DNA of 53,628 bases from Prorocentrum cordatum (lineage: Eukaryota): the NCBI GenBank assembly GCA_963575745.1, contig CAUYUJ010000307.1, positions 62,001-115,628 of the forward strand. The letters run 5' to 3'. The translations under genes were made by a program, and so were the position numbers. The notes under the pieces are model-generated. The model ran no database searches and had not been told where the DNA came from. It saw only the letters and a program-made list of their open reading frames with translations. Below, one piece after another: positions 12,301-24,503 of the stretch (position 1 is its first letter; the number at the start of each line of letters is the position of its first letter).

Positions 12301-15300
12301 CCCACGCCCCGCCGCTCCAGCCATCCATCACCCCTCCTTCTCATATCATGTCGAATCCCGAAAACCGCCCCACCCCCCCCACCCCCCGCGGCACAGTCAA
12401 CTTTCGTGCCAGCGAGGGCGGCTGTTTAATCGAGTTGCTCACGACGCCTTCCCGTCACGGCGGAGTCCTACCCGTGCCCGCATTTCCCTGTCCTCAGCTC
12501 AGCTCCCCACTCTACCCTCCGACCCGAACCTCCCCTCTTTTTCTCTTCTCGTCGCTTCTCTCGCGCGCCTGCCCTGACGCTCGCCGTCCTCGGCCTCATC
12601 GTCCGACTCCTCCTTGGGGCTTCGTCTTCGAGTCTTCCTCCTCCTCGTCCTCCTCCCCACCGACCGTCCTCGCCTTCCTCCTCCTCGTCTTCCTCCTCCT
12701 CGTCCTCTTCCTCCGCCCCCCTCGACGGCCCGTAGTTGGGCCCGCCGTCTCGTCGGCGCTCGAGTCGACTGTCGTGCGTCCCGCTCCGCAGGCATGCAAG
12801 TGCTGGAGCATCTCAACGAGTACAAGGTCTCTCTCGGCGACTGGGTGGCCATTCGCCAGAAGATGTCAGAGGCTGAGGCCTGCCGCGGCTGCAACGGTGG
12901 AGGCGGCGATGTCACCAACGCGGCCAACGCCGCCGCAGCCCGGGCGTTCAAGGAGTTGGTCGACGCGCTGGTGAAGCGTGACAACTGCAATGTGCCCAGC
13001 ACGGTCATACGGTTCGCCTGGACACATGGTACGACGCTGGCTGCATCCACTTTGGATTGGTCAGATTGGGCAGCCCACTTGTCCTTCACGCAGCGCTCGT
13101 GGACGGATGGTGAGCTGGTGGGTCGGCTCCGAACGGCCGTCGACAGCGCCACCAAGCGCGAGATGGTGTACGAGACGCTGATGGGCCTCTTCAGGGGCGA
13201 CTCCCTGCAGGTGCTCATGGACGCGCTGGCCGCCTTGCGGGCTGCGATCGGCACCATCTTCACCGTCTCCGAGGAGTCGGACACGGACCCCGACCGCAAG
13301 TTCGTCACCGACATGCATAACCTCTTCACAGTGGCATTCGTCACCGAAGCTGCAGCTTCGGATCTCCCTGCGGTGCAGAAGCTCCGAGACGACATGGTGA
13401 ATGTCGAGTCGGAGAGGGCGTCGATCTGGTTGAAGGCGCTCTGGGTTGTATGAGTTGTGTGTGGGGTTAGGCTAAGGGAAGCGCCGCATCTCCTCCACCT
13501 CGGGGATTGGCCCCTGGCTCGAAGCGCGACGTTTGTGTCAAGGGCGCTGAATCGCAGGGGGGTGAGCTGACCCATGGGACTCAATGACCTGGGCTCACAT
13601 TGTTAAGCTGCCAGCACGAATTCTAGACGCTTCGCGTATCCCCACCCGCCACCAGCCCATCCAGGGGCAATGCCCAGGAGGGAGACAGGATGGTGAAACA
13701 ACATGGGTACCACCACAGGGTTTGTTAATCTGATCTGTCCTGGCCCTTGTCGACGTGGCCCGCCTCAATTAACCGCCCGCGTTGAAGTTTAATATAGCAG
13801 TGCAACACGCGTTCCCTGTGGTACACGTCCCTGGCGCATATTCGAATAGCCTGCCGGTGTGCACGACTGAGCTTGCCCTTCGCCCTGCTTTGTTTCTTGA
13901 ACTCGCGTGCGGCTACTGGTGCTTGTGCTGGTGATGTTGCTGGCGGTGCTCCTGCTGGGGCCATCTGGCGCAGTGGGCAGAAGAGGATGAGGAACGCTGG
14001 GTAAGAAGGATGAGCGGGAGGAGGAGGATACGGCACATGCATGTGGGGCGATGAGGGTGGTGCGGAGGAGGAGGAGGAGGAGGAGGGAAGAGGCAAGAAG
14101 AGGGGGTGGAAGAAACAGCCCGGTGGTAAGGATTTGGGCATTTGGGTTATATGTGTGGGGGTGATTGATGGGCTCTTCGAGGTCCTGGCGCCATGAGCCT
14201 TGGGGTACTCTCAGGGCCGCGTGGGGCCCTTATTGGGGCTCTGTTTTTTTTGTTGGCCTGGGGGGCCTATTTGGATCACCCCCCCACCCCTCGGAGGCTC
14301 CAAATTGCCAGCTTGGGACCCTCTTGGGCCGATCTTGGGGCGCTCCTGGGCGCGGCGCTCTCGGGATCCTCTTGATCCCGTCGTTGGGCTACCTTGGGCC
14401 ATTTCTTGGGGCCGTCTTGAGTCTTGAGGCCTTAAGTGTCCATCGGAGGTCGGAGGCGAAAGAGCGAGAAGACAAAACGCGTTGATTACTGTCTCAAATT
14501 GTCCTCAGGTTTGCGGAGGAGTTTGACTTCTTGGGGTGTCTTTGGAAGCTTCGGAGGGCACTTGAACCCGTCTTGGAGCCGTTTTGAGTCTTGAGGCCTC
14601 CTGGGCGCGCGTCGGAGGTTGCCTTGACCAGCCTACCGCTATCTTGGGCCACCGCCATCTTGCGCTCTCGGAGGCCCTCTTGGATCGTGGAGCCATCATC
14701 ATCTTGAGAGCCATCTCTGCCCCCCCCCCCCTGGCGGCCCAGCCCGTCCAGACGCCAGGAGGGAGGGGGGGGGGTCGGAAGGAGCATGACGGAGACTCCC
14801 TGGACCTCCTGCGCTGCGCCCTGAGGGCTGGCGTGGTTTTGGACGTCCGTGGTACGGCGACGTCGGCGACGTCGATTCAGGGAGCGGTTGCGATTCGGTC
14901 TGGTGGGTTCGTAGTATGATGCTGCTTTCGGGGGTTCAGTGATCTGTGATCCGCGGTCAGGCCATGCGCCACCTCCCGACTGGCCAGCAGCTGTGCGTGG
15001 CCGTTGACGAGGAGCCCGCCGCCGTCGCCTGCGTGGAGCGGCTTGCCAGCGACCTGGCTGACCTGGTCAAGCTGACCGACTGGGGGACCCCAGAACTGCT
15101 CAACAGCGACCCGGCGTGTGCGACGGATGCTCCAGTCATGTACTCGGAGCCCATGCTGAGACGGTTCTCTGAGGCGAAGTGCAAGCTGGCCGTACTTGAG
15201 ACAAACGCGCCCCCGCGTTTCGAGGTTCAGTACGGGGCCCAACTTGAGTCGGTGCGCAAGGCTTTCAAGGACGTGGCCCATCGCACGTTCCTGGCGGCGA

Positions 15301-18300
15301 ACGAGCGGTACTTCACCATGTTCGCGGGAGCATTGCGTCTCGCTGCAGATCGCCGCTGGGACGACGCGCACAGCAAGCTCAACGCCCTGAGGGCCGTCCT
15401 CAAGTGGGACATCGGTCAGCTCCACGGACCATTCCTCACTTCAGGCGACGCCCTCGAAGCGCTGGTGGACTGGAGGGCACAGCTAGCGGAGCCCATAAGT
15501 CAGTGGTATCAGGGCATCGCTTTGCTCGCGAGATTGTATGCAGGGAATGCTATGGACGACGATGCCGATACCGCCGACGTTGGCGACGTCATGACTAATA
15601 AGTTCGACGAGGTCATGGTGTTTGTCGACAGCGTGCTACTCACGGAGTGCCCTTGGGATAAGCCGTCTGGGCCCGATGCCAGCTTTCAGGCGGTAGCTCA
15701 CACGGCACCTGTCCAGGCGGCGTGGTCCCCCGCTTGCATTGCGTGCACGCGTGGCATCATGGGATGTTGCAAGGTCTTACTGGAACAGTACACGCCCGCG
15801 CATGTCATTGCGACGGCACGCCGCCTCGACGCAGACGACGCGACGGCATGCCGCTGGGGCGAGGAACTCGACGCCGCGGCGGGCCTCAGTCGCAGCAAGG
15901 ACGACGCTGATGCGCTCGCTGACACGTGTGCTCTCGTGGATTCGATATTGCAGCTCAGGCGCTGTTTCGGCTTCAACGGACTTTCTGAGAAGTGGCGCAT
16001 CAAGCTCGCCGCCACCGCGGTCGGACTCGTCACCACTGGAGCCAACGTGCACCACAGTCAGCAGCCGCCAACATGCGACCCAGACCAGCAGCAGTCCACT
16101 GTCGCCAACGTAGCGCCAGAGGCGGCGGCAGCGGCGGCCGCCCCCCAGCCCGCTCAGACGGCAGCCCAGCCCGTTCAGGTCCAGGCGGCAGAGACGGCGA
16201 CGCCATCACCTGAGACAGAGGGCGCCGTGCCCGCTCAGGCGTTAGCCGGGGGCGCCCAGCCCGTTCAGACTCAGGCGGCAGAGACGGAAACGCCATCCGG
16301 GACATCCAAGGACATCCAGCCCGTGCGAGCAGCAGCACCATCGCCTGGATGCGCCCGCACCGCCAGTGAGGCGGACCTGCCGACGCATGACGCGGCGCAG
16401 CAGTCGCAGCCCCCCCCGCAAGTTGCGCTGACGGGCAGCCAGCTGGCTCGCATCGCGGAGAATCGCGCAGAAGCTGCTGCCCGCCGCCGCGTCAAGCAGC
16501 GGAAGGGACCACCCGCCGTTCAGGCCGCGGCAGTGCACCCCGCCCCCGCTCCCGAGTCAGCCAGTGCAGCCGGTGCAGCGCCAGCGCGCCCAGGGCCCGC
16601 CGCCGCCAGTGACGCCAGCGTGGCCATTGCCGAGGCCGCCGTGGCGGCAGCAGCAGCCTGTGGTGCTGGTAGTGCTGGAGCGGAGGCCGAGGCGACAGCA
16701 GCAGTGGCAGCGCTCTCAGAACCCGCTGGCGGCGACCCTGGTACTGCCGGCGATGCTGCTGATACCCAGGCGATGGCACTGGGGACGTCGACGCCGCGCG
16801 ACGGCGAGGAGGGCGATGGCCGCGATGGCGAGGGCGAGGCGTCGCTGCCCCTGGCCCAGACCCTCAACGCCGACGTGGTGATGCTGACGGCGCGGCTGTG
16901 CAAGTTCGCCGGCGGGCTGCATGAGGCGCGCGTTCGTTTCGATGCCGTCCCCTCCCTCGACCCTGCAGCTGCTGTTCGCGAGCGCCGACCCCGAGCATCG
17001 CATGGCCCTGGCGAACGATGTGCGCCTCGCTGTCGATGCCGCCGTCGCCCTCTACGAGGCGTCCGTGCAGGCTGGCCGCGACGCAGAGACCCTCTCGGAA
17101 GTGCCTCTGAGGGCCAGGATGGCCATCCACTGCTTTGGCTCGGCCGCGTACGAGGCAGGTGACCAGGTCTTAACCAATGCCTGGGAGCTGGGCCAGTCAG
17201 TTCTCAGGCTGGTACGCCGTCACCTGAGCGAGGCAGTGGCGCAGGTCGTGATCGGCGGCGGCGACGGCCCAGGAGACGGCACCACGCTGAACGACTTCCT
17301 CAGCGCCCAGACCGTCGTCGACACGAGGGACAAGGCGCGCGTCGGCTGCTCAGCCTCATCCCCTCCCATACGTCTCAGCCTCAGCTCAGCCTTGGCCTGG
17401 GCTGGGCCAAGGCCCGATGGTCAGCCTGGGGCTGGCGCTCCTCCTCCTCCTCAGCCGCCCCTCCCACCACCACCTCCCTCGTCCTTCTCCTCCTCCTCCT
17501 CCTCCTCCTCCTCCTCCTCCTCCTCCTCCTCTCTCTTCCGACTCTTCCTCCACCTCCTCCACATCCCGGCCTCCCGTCCATCTCTTCGCCACCACCCGTG
17601 GCCCTGGCTTTGGTTCCTGGTGGCGTCCCCGTAATACCTAATGCCTAATACCCTGGGGCCCTGGGGGGAGTTCTCCAACGCTGCGCGGCCCCTCTTCCCG
17701 CCCCGCCCCACCACGCTGGGACTGTGATGCGTGGTTTCCCGGTCCCCCTGTCTGCAAGGTGGCGATCCTGAAGACCTGCGACACCGAGCTCGGCCGGTCG
17801 CTCTACCGCGACGTGCGGTTCATGCTGGAGCACCTCTTGCCGCTGCTCAACCGGGTGGACGAGGCGCACGCATGAGGAGTATGAGGAGGAGGAGGAGGAG
17901 GAGGGTTCGGATGCGGCAGATGCGGTGAGCCTGAAGTATGATGTATGATGCGGCGAGGATGAGAACGGGGAAGGAATGATGAGGCGGAAGTTGGCACTGG
18001 GTGTCTGCGGCCGCGGCCATACGCCGTGGTCCAGGGCCTGGCTCCGTCGGCGAGCCTGCACCCCGCCCCCCGTCCCCCGCCCCCCCCCCCTGGGCCGCTG
18101 GGGGGAGGGCCCAGGGAGGGGGGCGCTCTGATAGTCCTGCGGCGCCCCATCCCTCTCGACTCTCGGTCACTCCCCCAAGAGGCGTGCGTCGGCCAGAACG
18201 CCACGCCGCACGCTGTGGCTGCAGATCCCGCAGTCGTGGCGGCGTGCCGCCTGGCGAGCAGCATGACGCTGCTGCTGACCATGTTCCGCCCGGCGCCAGC

Positions 18301-19050
18301 CGCAGCGGACGGCAGCAGCAGTGGCATCCAGCAGGTGCTTTCAAACCGGATGCTTTCCTGCTGCTCTTCCTCCTCCTCCTCCTCCTCCTCCTCCTCCTCC
18401 TCCTCCTCCTCCTCCCTCTCTCCCTCCTCCTCCTCCTCCTCCTCCTCCTCCTCCTCCTCCTCCTCCCTCCTCCCTCCTCCTCCTCCTCCTCCCTCCTCCT
18501 CCTCCTCCTCTCTCTTCGCCTCTCGCTCCTCCTCCTCCTCCTCCTCTCCTCCTCCTCCTTCCCCTCCTCCTCCTCCCCCTCCTCCTCCTCCTCCTCCTCC
18601 TCCTGCCTGGTGGGCCATCAGGCCCTGGGGCCCTGTACTTTTCGGACGCCCCTGGGGCCCAGGGGGCTTCGGAATTCGGGTATCGGTATCGGTATAGCCT
18701 ATACCGATACCGATACCCGATACGCCCCCCCCTATACCGTATAGGGGGGGGGCGTAGTCCTGGGTCCTGGGCCCTTGCGGCCGTTCGCCGTCGGGTCCCT
18801 CGAGGTGGCCGAGACGGTCCGGAAGGTCTCCGCGGTGTTTGCCGCAAAGGGGTGTGGGCTCTTGTCTCCGCACCCTGCGGTCGCGGCGTCCGTGGCGGCG
18901 CTGCTGGAGACCGCTGACCGCGCGGCCGCCGATGCCACAGCGGCGGCCGAGGCGCCCGTGGTGGTGGCTCGGAAGCGGGCTCGCCGCGGCAGCGGCAGCT
19001 TCGCGAAGAAGGCGCCCGAGCTGGAGGGCGATGCCATCGACGTCGAGTGA
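9301..19050 (+). CDS. Large (~1600 aa, ~11 exon) protein of unknown function with N-terminal Cys cluster, helical core and Ala/Pro/Gln-rich insert; one apparent frameshift near 16930
   Basis: Protein-like segments bounded by AG acceptors and GT/GC/GA donors: ~9301-9458, 9650-9838, 10127-10267 (DPCPFCSRC...ECKSCRN), 10399-10516, 10845-11115, 11422-11934, 12792-13435, 14961-17334, 17759-17863, 18182-18333 and 18805-19050 (RKRARR basic patch, stop). Introns are filled with simple repeats. Confidence 0.65.
13725..13964 (-). CDS. Possible 79-aa basic ORF nested antisense in an intron
   Basis: MAPAGAPP...REFKKQSRAKGKLSRAHRQAIRICARDVYHRERVLHCYIKLQRGRL; non-repetitive and Lys/Arg-rich; no recognised family. 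Confidence 0.3.
   Translation of the reverse strand: MAPAGAPPATSPAQAPVAAREFKKQSRAKGKLSRAHRQAIRICARDVYHRERVLHCYIKLQRGRLIEAGHVDKGQDRSD
14165..14720. repeat. Dispersed degenerate repeat built from ~11-bp GGGCCNTCTTG-like units
   Basis: Recurrent TTGGGCC/GCCGTCTTG/CCTCTTGG words; similar tracts at 34805-34885 and 36105-36425. Confidence 0.7.
18361..18605. repeat. (TCC)n microsatellite in intron
   Basis: Directly visible; similar tracts at 4944-5013 and 17480-17560. Confidence 0.95.
18676..18756. repeat. Two abutting near-perfect palindromes
   Basis: TCGGGTATCGGTATCGGTATAG-C-CTATACCGATACCGATACCCGA (22-bp arms, 18676-18720), followed immediately by TACG(C)8TATAC-C-GTATA(G)9CGTA (18721-18756). 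Confidence 0.95.
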
Positions 19051-19623
19051 GCCAGCTCGGCGCAGGAGGAAGAGAGGATGATATGATGATGATGATGAGG
19101 CATAGGGATGTGGAGGAGAGGCGGAGTGATGGCGTGGAGGGGCGGAGGGATGAGGAGAGGCGATCCCCCTCTGGACGCCGCGCGTCATCGTGCTCGCAAC
19201 GCAACGCAGTGCACCAATTCATCAGACTGGCCCTTGTGGCCGTCCGCGAGGCGGCTAGCCGGCCGCTCCCCAGGCGGCTAGGTGGGGGGGGGAACATTTT
19301 TTGTTTTTGGGTGGTACTGGGTGCCTTGGTCCGACCGTGATTCCTGATCCCTGGGGCCTCCCAGAACCTTTCAGGGTCTCGAGCCCGCCCCCGCACCCCC
19401 CCTCCCTAAGCCGCTGGTCGCCTTTTAGGCTCGTCTTGGTTCTCGGGGACGGACCTCGACGAGCGGGGCCCATGACCCATGGGTGCGCTCCGCCACGATA
19501 TCATCGATCCCCGTCGCCGTCGCCGCCGCTGTCCAGGTCCATGGTCTCTCCTCATTCACTCACCACTCCCCCCTCACCCCCGCCACCCCTGCCTCTTCTG
19601 ACTCAACCCATGTGCCGCCTCTC

Positions 19624-19657
<34 letters not shown>

Positions 19658-20039
19658 CTCTCTCGCTCTCTCGTTCACCCTCTCCCCTTCCCTGCGCTCA
19701 TCTCCATCTCGGCGCGGTCCTCGCCTCCAGCTGGCAGGGGTGGTGCCGCCAGAGCCGCTTCGGCCTTGAGCCTTGAGCCTGGCCTGTTTGGGACGAGCGG
19801 CGACGACGGCGATCGACGGCGACGCGTTCCAAGGCTGACCCCTGTAGGACACCCTACCGCGCGCCTCAGGATCACGTCGAATGTTGATCAGGTATTCCAA
19901 TGCGAGGGCGTGATTCGTCGTCGGGGCACGTGAGCGCAAGCAAAAATCCAGCATAAAAAAAAAACAAAACCTGTGTTTTTTTTCTTCCAGCCGGGGGGGG
20001 GTGAACCAGAGGTGCGGGGGGGGGTAGGTGCCCACCTGG

Positions 20040-20202
20040 TGCTCGTCAGTGCCCCCCCCCGGTGCTCGTCAGCGGCCTCGCCTGTGACCCCCGCGGTGCT
20101 CGTCAGTGCCCCCCCGTGGGCTCGCCAGTGACCCCCCTTGGGCTCGTCATTGCCCCCCCCCCAGGCTCGTCAATGTCTCCTGTTTCGCTATTTGTATGAG
20201 TG
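20040..20202. repeat. Right-hand subterminal array (6 CTCGTCAG-like units) plus putative terminal motif TTTGTATGAGTG
   Basis: Units at ~20042, 20065, 20099, 20121, 20143 and 20166; inverted relative to 729-1830. Confidence 0.85.
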
Positions 20203-20770
20203 TGTCCAGAACCCCTCCCAGGAGGTGGTCGAGCTGAATTCGCCGAGTCATTCGGAGGTGACCGCGTGCACAGACAAAGGGGCACCTCAGGTGTGCATCC
20301 AATTCCGGCAGCGAAAAGGATGCGCGAACCCTGGCCCGGCGAGCCGTGCGCCCATGAGCGCGGGATCGGCTAGCCAGGTGGGGGAAGTCGCGCGGGTGTG
20401 CGCGCAGGTGTGGCGAAATTGCGTTTGCGCGCTGCAGGGGCGCAGGCTTTGCGGCGCGTGCGCGATGCGCCGGCGCCTGCGCCAGGGAGTGCGCGTGTTC
20501 CCGGCGCTCACCTACGCGGAGGCGCTGTCGTGCGTCAAAATATCGGCGGCGCGACTGGATCCCCCTCTGGCGTTCGAGAAGGAACTCGTTGCTTCAGGCG
20601 GGGCGGGGCCAGCCAGGCCCATGCGCGCGGGCCGCCGTTCGCGCTGCCTGCGGCTGGTGTGCCGCGCCAGGCACTAGAAGAGGGCGGCGTGCTGGCATTA
20701 TTCCAGACGGGAGGGTGGCGCGCGACGGCGGCTTTCGGGTTCTCCAACGACGTCGATGCGATGGCGGCGC
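20203..20770 (+). pseudogene. Decayed C-terminal half of a DIRS-type tyrosine recombinase
   Basis: Across two frames: SHSEV...VCIQFRQRKG...RNCVC...LCGAC...VFP, then GTRCFRRGGA (HxxR with H mutated to R) and GGVLALFQTGGWRATAAFGF. Confidence 0.65.
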
Positions 20771-21271
20771 CGCGCGCGCGGGGGGTCCGTGCGCCCAGGC
20801 ACGCAGTGGCAAAAACAAAAGCATTGTTGCTGGCGGCTGAGTCCGCAGTATTCCGATTCAGAGGAGGCCCCGGGCTTGCAGCGCTGGGGTCTGGGGCGCA
20901 AAGGGCGCGTCTGCGGCGCGACCAGGACGTGCCAGAAAGCGCCCTGGCGAGCCAGGGACACCGTGCGGGGACCCTACCTGGGCAGGCCAGCGCCTGCGCA
21001 GCAGCCGCAGTTGCCTGAAATCGTGCCTGGGGCTGGAGGCGCCCGGTGCCGAGTAAGCATTGGGGCTGGTCGTTAGTGTGCTCAGCACTGGGGACCAGCG
21101 GCGCTGGAAAAAGGGCTTCCCCTCTCCCGAGCTGGCCGCCGCTCGGCCCAGCACCGCGTCAGGTCCGAAGCCAACGTTGGTGCGGACCTGCCCCGAGCTA
21201 CTTCTCGTGGCTCAAGTCGGCGACCTACGTTCTCGAACGCTCCAGCCAAGCAGCCTGGATTCGCCCAGCGC

Positions 21272-22507
21272 ATGAGGAAGGTGAGGATCAGGATGGTGAG
21301 GAAGCTGGATGAGGCTGAGAATGAGGATCAGGATGGTGAGGATGATGACAGTGATGATGATGATCATGATGGTGATGATGATGATGATAATGATGATGAT
21401 GATAATGATGACGATGATGCTGATGATGATGCTGATGAAAATGATGGTGATGATGATGATGATGATGATGATGATGCTGATGATGATGATGATGATGATG
21501 ACGATCATGATTGTGATGGTGATGATGCTGATGATGATGCTGTTGATGATGATGATGAGGCTGATGATGGTAATGGTAATGGTGATCGCGACGGTGGTGC
21601 TGGTGATGATGATGTTGATGATGATGCTGATGATGATGATCATTTTGTGATGGTGCTGGTGATTGTAATGATGATGATCATGAGCATGCTGCTGGTGATG
21701 GTAATGACGATGATGAGGATGATGATGATGACGATGAGGATGGTGGGGCTGCTACAGCTGATGCTTATGATGATGGTGGTGAATGTTGCGATGATGCTGA
21801 TGACGATGATGACGATGATGATGATGATGATGATGCTGATGAAAATGATGATGATGATGAGGATGATGGTAAGAATGACGATGATGGTAATGCTGCTGAT
21901 CAGGATGAGGAGGATGATGATGAGGAGACGGAGAATACGCTGGAAGATGTGGATTATGATGATGATGATGACGAGGATGATGCTGATGATGATGATGATG
22001 ATGACGACGAGGATGATGATACTCAGAGCGTGAATTACCTACCCCGCTTTCGCTTCCAGGCAAAACCAAGCCATACCACGCGCCTCCTCGTCAGGCGGCC
22101 TGACAAGTACAGGCTGCAATTTGGCATCGTTTGGTATCTCTTGGAAGCGAGGGTGGTCAAAAGCGAGGTCGGTTTGTTTTCCCCCTAGATACTGATGATG
22201 TTTATGATAATAGTGATGATGCTGGTGAAGATCATGATGGTGATGCTGCGGATGACGGTGATGCAGATTATGGTGATTATGATGATGATGATGAGGACGA
22301 TGATGATGAAGATGCTGATGATGATCATGATGATCAAGATGACGATGCTACTGGCGGTAAGGAAGCTGCTGATGCTGCTGGTGATGATGCTGATGATGCG
22401 GATGATGAGGATGAGGATCAATGAGGGGGAGGATGACGATGAGGAGGAGGATGACGACGATTGGCGATGATTGGGATGCTGATGCTGATGCTGCTGATGA
22501 TGATGAC

Positions 22508-22544
<37 letters not shown>

Positions 22545-23066
22545 ACGATGCCGATGACGCGGACGATGGTGATGACGATGCGCATGAGGATGATGATGAG
22601 GATGATGATGATAATGCTGATAATGATGATTATGATGTTGGCAATGCTGATGATAATGCTGATGGTGATGCTGCTGTTGATGCTGATGGAGCTGCCGCTG
22701 GCGGTGCTGATGATGATGCTGAGGATGATGACGATGATGATGACGGTGGTGGTGCGAATGATGATGACATTGATGATGCCGATGATGCTGATGATGATGC
22801 TGTTGATGATGATGACGATGCTGATTCTGACGATGCTGATGACGATGCTGCTGATGCTGATGGTGATGACGAGGATACTGATACTGATGATGATGCTGAT
22901 CATACTGATGATACTGGTGATACTGATGATGGTGATGATGATACTGATGATGCTGATGGTGATGAGGGTGATGATGATGAGGATGAGGATGCGGATGATA
23001 ATGAGGATGTTGATAAAGATGATGCTGATGATACTGATGATGATGAATATTGATGATGATGTTGTC

Positions 23067-23145
<79 letters not shown>

Positions 23146-24430
23146 CTGATTGTGCTGGTGCTGATGCTGATGCTGATGATGATGACGATGATGGTAGTGG
23201 TCGTGGTGACGTTGGTTGTGGTTGTGCGTTTCTTGATGATGAGCATGATGATGAGGAGGAGGAAGAGGCGGAAGAGGAGGAGGAGGATGTGGAGGAGGAG
23301 GATCAGGAGGAGGAGGAGGAGAGGCAGGATGAGAGAAAACACATGATCCACAACACGGAGAAGGAAGAGAGCGGGAGAAGATCAGGAAGAAGCGGACGAC
23401 GAACATGTCGAATACGACGACGATGATGACAACGAGGAGTGTCGACGACGACGACGACGACGAAGACGACGACGATTGGCGACCACGACGACGACGGCGG
23501 CAGCGACGACGACGACCACGATGTCCGGGGCGCCTCAGGCTGCGCGCGCGGCGGCCTCGAAGAAGCGGGCCGCCGCGTCGTGGAAAAGGCTCAGGCGGTC
23601 CCTGGCCTCGCCCTTCTCTCCGCTCTCTCGATGGCTCTGCTGGCCTCCCAGGCCCGCGCCGCCCAGGCACGAGGAGGAGGAGGAGGAGGAGGAGGAGGAG
23701 GACGAGGGAGGAGGAGGAGGAAGAGGAGGAGGACGAAGCGGAGGAGGAGGAGGAGGAGGAGGAGGAGGAGGAGGAGGAGGAGGAGGAGGAGGAGGAGAGA
23801 GGACGAGGAGGACGAGGAGGAGGAGGAGGGGGAGAGGACGGGGAGGAAGAGGATGATGATGCTGGTGATGATGATGATTCTGAGGAGGAGGAGGAGGAGG
23901 AGGAGGAGGAGGAGGAGGAGGAGGAGGACGAAGAAGAGGAGGAGGAGGAGGATAGTGAGGGGGAGGGGGAGGGGGAGGGGGAGGGAGGCGGAGGCGGCGG
24001 AGGAGGAGGAGAAGGAGGAGGTCGAGGAGGAGGAGGGAGGAGGAGGAGGAGGAAGAGGAGGAGGAGGAGGAGGAGGAGGAGGAGGAGGAGGAGGCGGAGG
24101 CGGCGGGAGGAGGAGGAGGAGGAGGTAGAGAATGATGATGATGAGGAGGAGGAGGAGGAGGAGGCGGAGGAGAAGAAGGAGGAGGAGGAGGAGGAGGAAG
24201 GAAGAGAGGAGGAGGAGGAGGAGGAGGTGGAGGAGGCGGGGGAGGAGGAGGAGGAGGAGGAGGAGGAGGAGGAGGATGAGGAGGAGGAGGAGGAGGCGGG
24301 GGCGTAGGAGGAGAAGGCGGAAGAGGAGGAGGCGGAGGAGGAGGCGGGGGAGGCGGAGGAGGAGGAGGAGCAGGAGGTGGAGGAGGAGGTGGAGGAGGAG
24401 GAGGGGGAGAGGGAGAGACACGGGGAGGAA

Positions 24431-24503
<73 letters not shown>

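Larger units (their letters stand above)
659..20202 (+). mobile_element. Candidate large DNA transposon-like unit with inverted subterminal repeat arrays (CACTA/EnSpm-like architecture); no transposase recognised
   Basis: CTGACGAG array at the left and inverted CTCGTCAG array at the right. The right end CTATTTGTATGAGTG (20188-20202; reverse complement CACTCATACAAATAG) resembles CACTCATACAGAGAG (600-614) and CCCATACAAATCG (661-673). The right end abuts a truncated YR relic. The main internal genes are all on the + strand. Confidence 0.6.

Noticed and set aside
13445..13455. TTGTATGAGT as an internal copy of the terminal motif
   Set aside because: Only a 10-bp match, with no adjacent CTCGTCAG array.
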